A DNA stretch of 63,497 nt, filler included, from Choristocarpus tenellus KU-1152 (taxonomy: Eukaryota > Protista > Phaeophyceae), in the NCBI GenBank assembly GCA_964200185.2. It is 9 parts of 9 records of this genome, joined end to end, with 100 filler letters (N's around TTAATTAATTAA, not from the genome) between each part and the next. Parts side by side here need not be neighbours in the genome. Positions count along the whole stretch, not along the records: positions 53,899 to 60,251 come from CAXNAD020008325.1; positions 60,352 to 63,497 come from CAXNAD020021984.1; 7 more parts are not named here. The stretch is one strand, 5' to 3'. Below are positions 53,799 through 63,497 of the stretch, piece after piece. The position numbers and the translations under genes are program-made. Each line of letters begins with the position of its first letter. The first letter of the stretch is position 1. The notes below the pieces were generated by a model. That model saw only the letters and a program-made list of their open reading frames with translations. It was not told the DNA's origin and did no database searches.

Positions 53799-54470
53799 NN
53801 NNNNNNNNNNNNNNNNNNNNNNNNNNNNNNNNNNNNNNNNNNTTAATTAATTAANNNNNNNNNNNNNNNNNNNNNNNNNNNNNNNNNNNNNNNNNNNNTG
53901 TCGGATTTAAATGTCAGCAAAAAAAAAGAGTTGTTTGACCGAAACAGACGCCCCCCTACTTGTGCCCACAACCTATCCCTTAGCCCACTCCATACACCGA
54001 ACGCAAAACCCTAAAGTGAAAAAGGTCTCAATGGAATACTAGCGTGAAGCTTTGGATAGACCCCCCCTCCAGCCAAATTTGTATCATACCTGTTGCGTAG
54101 GCATAAACAGATATAGATCCCAACGCTGACATACCTCAAGATGCCAAGAGCTTAGATGACAGATGACAAACAGAGAGCAGAGGAGGGGGAAGAAGAGAGT
54201 GAGGTCCCATTCTCTTGTTTATAGTATCCATCGTGTGCCAGCAGGCACTCAGGGGCTGATTCCAGCCAAGCGCAAAGCAAATACCCTCCTATTTCACAGC
54301 ACCGCAGTGACTCAGACATACTCTAACACTAATGTAAAAGTAAAAAGTAAAAAGTAAAATACTCTGTGAGCGTGGACTTTAACAGGTGGAGCTAGGTTTC
54401 AATCAAATTATCCTTCTGCGCTTGAAACCACTATTGCCATACTGATATGTAGTTCTAATGCACACCACAG

Positions 54471-56863
54471 GCTAAGGATGTGAATTGGCGTGATGTCTAT
54501 GATGAAGGGGGGGGGGACAAGAAGAGAAAGGAACAGGGAAGAAGCAAGGGAAAAAAACGAAGCAAGAGCAAGAGAAAAGGTCAGAAAAGCAGGAGCTCTT
54601 CTGCCAAGGACAAGAAGAAGAAGAAGAAGAAGAAAAGCAGCAGCAGGGTAAGCTATGTTGACAACCCCAGGCGAACCACCTCCAGGAGAGATAATAAGTA
54701 CTTGGGAAGGGCTAAATTATGTACACATGATTCTTAAACGACCCAGTTCTGATATTGCTCCACAATTGCCCACAGGTGTCGTATTTGTTATGTCATAAAT
54801 TTGGTCAGTAACAGTGAACAAAGTAGTTGCAAGTACATTGCGCCTGTTGCAACCTAGCAGGAATTATGTACTGGTGAGCGTCTGCTTCAACTCTTCTTGC
54901 CCCATTCCTCACTTGGCTAACATTTGTAATGTCAACATGTCTCCCAATAACGGGATATTTCTTTCTCAAACTGCGAGGGTGGGGGCATCTTCTGAAATAT
55001 AATAAACTGGCATCAGTGACTGTCATTTGAACACTATTACAACTCTTGGTAAGAGTACGAAAGGAGGGCAAAACCTTATCATACATTGCATGCTTTTTCG
55101 CATCAGATTAAAAAGGTGCATAGAGAATTATAAAATAATATGATAAGGGAGGGCTGCCAAAGGCCAACATTGTTGGTGACATTGAGAACCTTATTCAAAC
55201 AATGCAAGCCGAGGCATTTGAGTGGGTAGGAGCTTTGCCCTGTTTGTTTGTTTGGGGCTTGGCTTCCCACAGGTTTTCCATACCCTTTTTCGGTTTTCTG
55301 TGTGGACGCAGTTACCCTAACCCTAAAATGTATACGAATATGAAAGGTGTGTCCGGAGCAAGGATAATGACACTTACTAACCAACACGAATAGCCAAAAT
55401 TAATCGAAATCAGAAAATTGGATTTATAATCCCAAACGGACGCGGCCCTAGCCTCTTGAACGCTTTGACTCTGCGTCCTTACCATTCTCTCCCAAATTGG
55501 TGTTGTTCGCCTATTTTCACCCCTCACCACCAACAATGCAACAACAACAGGGCTCGAAGAAGTCATCTCATTCACGCTCCAAGTCCAAATCTAGGAGTCA
55601 CTCCAAGGATCGACGGAGCAAGAGCCGGGAACGGCGACGCAAGAGGCATTCAAAACGGAAGTCTAAGGTTACCAACCCTGCCTCAGCAACTTTACACACA
55701 AACAAAGAGGAGGGAGAAGCTGCTTGCATCCATGGCAAACTGCACTCTAGATTGTTTCTCCTCAGGCAACACTTTACCCGGCTGCAAAACCCTACAAGTT
55801 GCTCTCGTCATCGTAGAGTCCAATTGGCAAATAAGAAATGCGTAGCACAATCCATGATCTGACTTATCCCACAGAACACATTCCTTTGAATGTGTTAAAA
55901 TGAGGAATTTGTTTTATACTAGTAGCTTGTTCATCAATCTCCCTGCATCCCTGTCCACTTCTACTTTAGCCCCACATGCATGTACCCATCCTGGCATTCC
56001 CCACCCTGTCAATCACAAACCAAAAACCTATGCAACAGGAACGTAAAAAGAGTTCCAAAGGGAACAAAAGGTCTAGGTCTAAGACCCACAGGGACAAGCG
56101 GAAAAAAGCCAGAGAGAAGAGGAGGACCAGGAGAAGGGAGAAGGGGAAGTCTGGACACCACCATAGGTCCAAAAAGGTTGAGACGGGTTTGGTGTTCAGT
56201 TTTCCTTTGAAGTTTTAGACTTGCTTCAAGAAATCGGAGCAAGCCTCTCACTCAATATATGCATTTTTTTCATGACGAAAACCTTGTTAACACCTTGTCC
56301 AAAAAAAGATGAATGAATAATAAGGTGTGTGGAAGGGGGAACAGTAGGGCATCAAGAAGTCAATTTCTCTCTCTCATATCACTTGCAAAGTTCATGAGTG
56401 CCATCTCTAGAAACCTTGAGATATTATATATGTGTACACACTGCATATCTCTTTCCCCAACCAGGCAAAGAAAAAGCATATATATGAAGTGCGCATGGAG
56501 CCTCCTGCAACTACTCCTAGGACTCCTGTAGTCTGATCTGCTCAACCAATATTGGAACCATTGCAAAATCAATCATCGACACCAGAATCCCAACTTTATC
56601 TTACTGTGAATGTCTGTCGTGCCCCTCTTTTGCTGTGCGCCCTCCCTCTTAAGAAAAAATCGTCCAAGTCAAGATCGAAATCGTCCAAGTCAAGGTCAAA
56701 GTCGAAAGGGAGCAGAAGCAAAGACAAGAAAACAAGTAGCAAAGAAAAGACCAAGGCCAGGGAGAGCGGGGAAACCAAAAGATCAAGCAAGAGCAAGAAC
56801 AAAAGCAAAAGTAAAAGCAAGTCGAAGGAGGAGGACTCTGCCAAGAAGAAAAAGAAGACCTGA
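54471..56863 (+). CDS. 3' exons of a highly basic Lys/Ser/Arg-rich protein (exons ~54471-54646, 55551-55667, 56039-56176, 56653-56863)
   Basis: Four AG/GT-bounded exons, all encoding KSRSKS/KKKK low-complexity sequence, ending in TGA at 56863. Confidence 0.7.
55233..55457. mobile_element. Degenerate MITE family A copy (intronic) with an internal replacement containing CCCTAACCCTAA
   Basis: TTTGGGGCTTGGCTTCCCA and TAAAATGTATACG..AATAGCCAAAATT..GGACGCGGCCCTAGCCTCT align with 1100-1360. Confidence 0.8.
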
Positions 56864-58339
56864 TTGAATTTGTTCATGACTATTCCACACCATAGTGTTC
56901 CGGGGGAATATGGTAGATATACAAACAGCTGGAGGCATCCCCTTCTTGACCTGAGTTGGTGAATCCTTTTTGGCTGAAAATGTGATAAAAATTTACCTTC
57001 CACTCGCCATGCCCTTGCAACTACCTCAGCAGCACCAATAAAGGCTAATCGATTCGGTCCTGCTAAGTTGTCATACAGTGTCATCCGATGTAGTCATTGG
57101 ATGGTTTCAGGTTAATTCGATGTTGTTGACGTGAGGTGAGTAAATATCCCTCAAATATGGATTCACCCGTCCTAATTGTCTTACAGCACCTACTTCAAAG
57201 TACGATGAATATCATGACCCGTGACAGTGCAATACGTTTGAAGGCATCCCGTGTTTGGGTAGGACCTGTTAACTTCGGAAACATTTATTTTTCAAAGTTT
57301 CCTAGCAATTTTGCTGATACTTTCAAGACCATCGATGAAGATGGAGTTTTTTTTACAAATTTTGTTCCGTTCAATTCTTTTTGGGCACTCATGACGAAAA
57401 ATAGCTTTTTTTCAGGCATTTTTCAGGCATTTTTTTACTTTCGATTTTTTCTGGGTTTCCTCCGCTTCCTCTCCTTCTCTCGCCAATATTTCTCATCGTG
57501 TTCTGCAGTTCACATAGCTGCCTTTGTCTGCATTTGCCAAATTGTTTTTCCCTTTTGCTTCAAGGGTCACGACGACTGCGAGATTTGGGATACGTATATC
57601 ATATTTAGAGGTGATGTTGTTGTGCCATGAACAATTGCACCGACAGACAAACTTGATGGAATTATTGTACTTCTCAAAGGAAATAGGAATTATTTCATGC
57701 TCACTACTCCGTCATTTATGTAGCATTGTGAAACATCAATCCCACTTCGAAGCACTTGCCATGTTGGAAGTAAGGTTGTTGGGGCATGGTCATTTGCACC
57801 AAGAAAGAACATTGATGGAAAGAAACCAGTACTGCATGTTCTATCACATGAGAAGTACAAGTTAGATGAAGGAAACCAAATCGAGACACAAGACAATTCT
57901 CACGAATGTAACAACAAAAGTCGTTTCCTGCATTAAGTTCACAAGTACAGCCCCCTGCACGAAAAAATTATAGTAAGTCTGGTTTCGAGTATCCAAAGTT
58001 AGGCAACCAGTACGAGTTTACATCTACACTAAATAATCTGTCACTATGCTACAAAAGAAGTGGGACCCAAAGAAGGTGGCAAGACTCACTGCTATGCTTG
58101 TATCCCTCCCTCTCTGCACATACAATTGACCATGTATTTGCACTCTTTCTGAAAAACGTATCTCCCACTCTAGGCCCATTATTCTTCCCAACTATTATTA
58201 CTGTAAAATAAAATATAGCACACTACTCTGAGAGATCCTAGACCTACGGTCGAAATGGTACCCTGAAGAAGGCAATACACACTACTGTGAATGCAAGAAG
58301 AGCTATAGAAGAAAATGACATACATTAACTATCACAGAT

Positions 58340-60010
58340 AGTTTAGAATTCAATTGGCTATGAAGCTCGTTGTGCCGCCCAACCACACACTCTCATCACT
58401 ACCTCTGTTTGTTGGTTGCCCTTGTGCTCTATCCCTCAACCATAATCCCAATTTCTCAAATTTCTTGGGGGCACGTCCACCAGTTCTTCTGTTCACCTTC
58501 GTTCTCGCTTTCCAATCACAAGCTCCTCGACCAACAACACCTTGGGAAGTCACTCATTCTGCATATGCAACTGCCACAGTGAATAGGAGTCTCTGTTAGC
58601 GCACAGTCACCTCGATATACTCTTACACAAGGTTTTCACAAGGGCATCATATTTGGACAAAGCTTGATTGGTGTGTTTCCGTTTGCAAAATCTGACGCAA
58701 CATAAAAGGAAATTTTGGGTATGGAAGCGAAGCTTCATATGTGGACCACGCGAAGTGTGCATGTCATACAACCATATATTACAGAACCTCGACCATTTCA
58801 GCCTTGAGTATTCAGATCCTAAACTGGAGTGATACACCTAAGATCCTGTCGTAGTGTACTTGACTTTATTTTCGGAAACAACACCAAGCTTTCTGGGTCC
58901 TCTGGCTCTAATCTTGGCGGCAATAGCAGCTTCATTACTGGTGGTGCCTCCACAACGTAAGCAAAGAGATCAGTCTGCTTGTAGCTTTGAACCAGCGACT
59001 GGATCTGCAACATGTCGTGGTTTTATTGGGGGACCAAAGACACATTGTTTCCGTCTCCAACTTCAACATGGTCTGACCGAAGGACCTGGCCACAATCACA
59101 ATCATTACACCATCACCCTGGGCAAACCTCCTCGGATCCAGATGCAATACCGCATTGTCAGCATAGTGCATACCCCACGAGCAGCTCAAGTACTATATTA
59201 CTCTCTGTTAATCCTCCTCCTCTAACCTGGTTGATTGTGGCCACTCTCAATTTGATGACAACATCTTTAGAGATGATCAGGTCAGGGTAAGCTCATTAAG
59301 CGCTACACACCGAGCAAAGCAACGAAGAAGATTTTGAAGAGGATGGGAACAAGAACACACCCTTTCCGAAGACCCCTACTAACCTCGAGCCAATTTGTAC
59401 ACTTTCCATTACCCATATAAACGCATGCCTACATTTCATCATGGAGCTGACGGATAACTGAAACTATCTTCTCGGGCACTCCAAACTTGGCAAGCACAGC
59501 CCACAGGTAAATTGAGTTCAATGGAGTCATATTCTTTTTATAGGCAAAAAAGAGCATATTTAGAAGTACATACTTTTCACGATTGATCTCTTGGAGGGAG
59601 TGTACATCGTGTTCACTGCGGAGCATTGTGTCCAATACGCTACACATGCCTCATGGAGTATGCTATCCCGTTCCAGGTGACCTCCGAGCCTCCATGCAGC
59701 CAACCTCGAGAAGTAGTTTGTTAGCATGTGCCACCAATGAGATGCCCTTGTTGCTACCATATTATGTCCCATCCTTCTTCTTGTGAAGCACTGTGATGAC
59801 TGCATGCTTCCAAACCTGTGGCACAACTTCCTTGTCCCAAACAGACGTCTTGTGGAAACCCTGGATGATAGCCTCATCCTCCTTCAGGCCAAGCTTCAAG
59901 ATTTCAGCTGGAAGATTGACGAGACCTATGGGCTCCCCATTCTCCATTGCCCAGAGTGCTTCAGCCGCTTCCAATAGAGTTGTTTTAAATAGTATTTCCT
60001 CCACCAATCC
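58340..60010 (-). mobile_element. Non-LTR retrotransposon (RTE-like LINE) RT and C-terminal region, decayed
   Basis: LPAEILKLG, VPQVWKHAVITVLHKKKD, LWAVLAKFGVPEKIVSVIRQLHD, GLRKGCVLVPILFKIFF, WGMHYADN (YADD), ETETMCL, YGCMTCTL, GEQKNWWTC. Confidence 0.92.
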
Positions 60011-60157
60011 ATGATGAGTGCTTCCTCTCTCAATAATTTGTCATACCTATGTGAATAGGATTGGAATCAAACACAAAAATGACAAAAAAAAACTAAGCAC
60101 AGCAAATGTCCTGTACAATAAACTGGTAAAAAAAGTTCCAGAAGGAAATCCTTTCAA

Positions 60158-60389
60158 GGGCCAAAGTATCTGGGGGGTGGGGGGTTAGCTGCATTTTGGG
60201 GATGGGGTGCTTGCTTGACAGAAGTTTTTTTTGAGAGACCTGAGGTATTAANNNNNNNNNNNNNNNNNNNNNNNNNNNNNNNNNNNNNNNNNNNNTTAAT
60301 TAATTAANNNNNNNNNNNNNNNNNNNNNNNNNNNNNNNNNNNNNNNNNNNNGTGTAGACCCCCCCCCCTCCCCCCAGATACTTTGGGTC
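60158..60389. mobile_element. MITE-B-type termini on both sides of a linker (similar ends at 16914-16938 and 39316-39347)
   Basis: GGGCCAAAGTATCTGGGGGG and CCCCCAGATACTTTGGGTC. Confidence 0.75.
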
Positions 60390-63104
60390 TGCACGCCTCT
60401 CCTGGATTTAAGCACACCAATGTAATGAGCTAAGAAGATCACAAACCTACATACTATCATCACAGCGAACAGAAACATTGACACATACGATACATATAGC
60501 CACTTGAAAATGAGTCAGTATTTTTAGCACAAGGAGTAAGAGAGGCCGAGACGCAAAACACTTGCGCACATTGCTGTCTAAAAAAAACGATGCATTACTC
60601 GCATCATGTATTTGTACCCTAAAATAACAGTACTTAGTGGGCGAGTGTCCTCACTTATCTGTCCATTCTCAGGTATGATCTACAGCAGTGCAGGATGCCA
60701 TATACTCATATCCTACTGAGTGATTTCTGAACATACCAAACATTACCCCACCCATGCAACTTATCCATTTTTCAAACCAGGATCCATGACTAAGAGATCA
60801 AAAGGGCAATGCTCTAGAATGGGCCTAAGGTGAATCTAGACACCTCACACACACAGGAACATCAAATCAGTGCCATTGGTTCATCACAAGCAATATTCTC
60901 CTTAGAACAAGTTGTATTTGTGCACCTGGGGGGGTGCTCATTGAGGAACTCCAAACCAACTCATTTAGAAAACCTTCACCGAAAACAGTTCAGCAAGACG
61001 GCAGTACTCACTCTTACCACAGGTTCCAAGGCATCAACACCTTACGCCATACCCCTAGCTTCCTCAACTCACCCGTCCATTTTGTTCATTAACTACATGA
61101 AGGTACTAAAAAGTGAAACAAAAAAACGTCGAGGTACTGTAACGTACTTCAGAAAATAGAGAGTACCAAGTTTCAACTCAAGATCACCACAAATACTGAT
61201 ATCCTTCGACATAGGAGGATTCTATTTCTTTCAATACAGTTTACCATGTAAAATTACATTAGAACTGAAACAGGTCAGCCACTAGATTTGAAATCTATAT
61301 TTCTTTGCCACCACACTCCCGCCAGTGCAAGGAACTTTTGTAACATCAAACTCCGTGAGACATCAGTAATGCACTTTCGGCAGTGTGTCTCTCAACATCT
61401 GCAAACCTACAGTCATCTCCGTTACCAACTGTATGACTTCAACAGTGGCCTTGTGTCTTCATAATGGATAAGGTACATTAAGCACAGGTGCACATACCTA
61501 AAGGGAATGTTTCTTCCTTCCGTCAAGAACTCTTGGTGAAGTAGACAATAGGACATAGAGCCAGTGACGAATCTACCAACAATGTGTTGTCGTTATGTTG
61601 TCTTCCCACACCTCCATTGGACTATGGTGTTGCATACCCCCATGTCCATTTGATGGTTGTATATTCAGCCTAAACTTAGGGAGAATGTTACTGTACCCTC
61701 TAGTCTCCAGTTCGCAGTGTTAACAGTTATGTTGAATCCTTTCCCGAAGTCCCACTGGTTGCTGTAGCCCAGACTGCAGTAGCACTGATTCGTGCATTCA
61801 AGCAATTGCCAATCAAACCTTAAACCAAGAAATAATCAACAATTGCCCTGCATCCCTCAGCCAAGAAACAATTGCTACTAATGTGCTCATCCAGCCTCTA
61901 CAAAAGTGTTATCCTTCTTCCCTTTGCCTATTGCTCTGGCAGCACTGACACCAACTCTTGAAAAAGAAATTGAGGGTCAACACAATTCTAAAGCTTTCCT
62001 GTTTACCCTGCCTCACCGAAATTCAAATGTAAGTATAGTACATTCTAACAAAATCCTGTGAGTACAACTCCCACCTAGAAGTCACTTTCATGGGGGACAC
62101 AGCTATGCACCACCAACTATGACTAAGGTATCATGCCCCCAAAAGTTTTAAAGGTAACCCCTATGGTGCTTTTCGACATTGTAGATACACTGACAACCCC
62201 AACAAACTGACTAAGAAGGCATATGCTCAAGAGTGCTGCTACATTCTCAAGGATTGTACTGAAATATTACTCACCATTATTGCAGTGCAATGTACTTTAA
62301 AAAAAATGGTCTCTTCTTCATTTACTCTGTGGTATGTTTCATATTAGGCAAGTATTCCATATGCCGATCCAATCTTATTGTCCACCCCTCTCAAATATGT
62401 CAACTGAACAAACCTCTTTCCATGTCCTAAAAATGAAGAAAAAACAATGCTAACCTCTGAGCCCTCACAACCCCAGCCCGTTAGCCTAATCTCATTTTCT
62501 AAACTTAATTTTATGCCACAAACAGCACACTAGCCATCCTCACTTCTGCCTTAAGCAGATAAAAATCAATGAGGAATTAACACCTCACCATGACCCCTCC
62601 CCAACCTCCGCTCACATGAAACTCATCTGTATGCCACACATACCCTCTCCTCTATACAGCAACTTCGGTGTGTTGGCGACACTTGATAACATGATACCCC
62701 TTTCAGATTGCAATTCCATCTGGTCGTACCATGAAGGCCCGGAAGGCCAAACCGTAGACCTCATACAAAATACTCTCTACTTCCTCGGGGTTCCTCTAAT
62801 GGACTTTGTAACTTTAAAACGAAAACTTTGCGACACATCCTCCCCCCTGCCTCCGCCCACGGCATCCATTATTCTGTTCCCATATTTTGGGGGACTCTAT
62901 CCACCCACAGTCCCAAATAGGCCCCGACAGGACACTACAACACCAGGCTAAGCAACACAGTCTTCCCCTCTATTTCAAATCGCAAAAACAAGACGCCCCC
63001 TCATTGGTCCCAACCCCCCCCCCAAAAAAAGCACCCATCAAAACTTCCGCCAACAAAAATAAAATAAAACACAGGCAAAAGAAAAAATTTACCTCGCATC
63101 TATT

Positions 63105-63396
63105 TCACTTCAGATCTCGCCAACTCTTCTTACTCCATTTCCCCTTCCCTTTCCCCTTCGCCCCCCCAAAGGGAACACCATCCTCCCTCCTCCACACGGC
63201 TGCCAGAGCGCTCCCAAGAAGGGAGTGGCACGTGGTTGACAGGGCCCCTGGCACTGCAGATACGGGATCAGGCAGACCGCGCTGGGCAAGTACAACTCCA
63301 AGAGCAGAATTTTGCATACCCACCTCAATGCTGGCTGTACGCGTTGCTCGCACTGGAAATCCTAGGGCCCTGGCACATGCATAGCCAAGGGCAAAC
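63105..63396 (-). CDS. Last exon of a bile acid:sodium symporter (BASS/SBF family)
   Basis: GFALGY..RTASIEVGMQNSALGVVLA..AVPGALSTTCHSLLGSALAAVWR. The SIEVGMQNS signature is present. An AG acceptor at 63397-63398 lies next to a (CA)n intronic tract. Confidence 0.92.
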
Positions 63397-63432
63397 CTGG
63401 CAAGACACAGTCAGTCCACACCAGTGTTGAAT

Positions 63433-63435
<3 letters not shown>

Positions 63436-63471
<36 letters not shown>
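63436..63471. repeat. (TG)n microsatellite
   Basis: Directly visible. Confidence 0.95.
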
Positions 63472-63474
<3 letters not shown>

Positions 63475-63497
63475 TTCTTGTGTGTGTTGCAACAAGT

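Noticed and set aside
56596-56870. Leu-rich minus-strand ORF portion (also 19999-20226 poly-Asn ORF)
   Set aside because: Antisense shadow of a Lys/Ser-rich exon, or translation of a microsatellite.

Overview
Eukaryotic, intron-rich, transposon-littered genomic DNA. It is most likely a stramenopile/brown-algal lineage; this is an inference from TTAGGG telomere-type motifs, gene structure and the TE families present. The window is about 10 short contigs joined by artificial N50-TTAATTAATTAA-N50 linkers, so adjacency across linkers is not biological. Host genes: a PTEN-like phosphatase (-, ~24.7-35.8 kb), an FNR/cytochrome-b5-reductase-like flavoprotein with a large insertion (+, ~40.9-49.7 kb), the 3' part of a Cys/His-rich C2H2-type membrane protein (-, 9.2-11.1 kb), the 3' part of a Lys/Ser/Arg-rich protein (+, 54.5-56.9 kb) and the last exon of a bile-acid:Na+ symporter (-, 63.1-63.4 kb). 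TE relics: DD39D mariner, DIRS/Ngaro RT, Copia LTR element, RTE-type LINE, pogo-like HTH, a tRNA-derived SINE fragment, an intron-containing Sola-like transposase pseudogene, and at least two MITE families sharing an AAAGTATCT terminal core with 4-bp TSDs. Most notable observations: (1) a high density of 2-3-unit (TTAGGG) micro-insertions, two inside MITE copies in register with pre-existing TTA/TTAG, suggesting telomerase-templated break repair; (2) the Sola2-like MITE/transposase system; (3) a hairpin-repeat/spacer array at ~6.0-6.3 kb; (4) signs of CpG deamination; (5) several unidentified decayed coding tracts.
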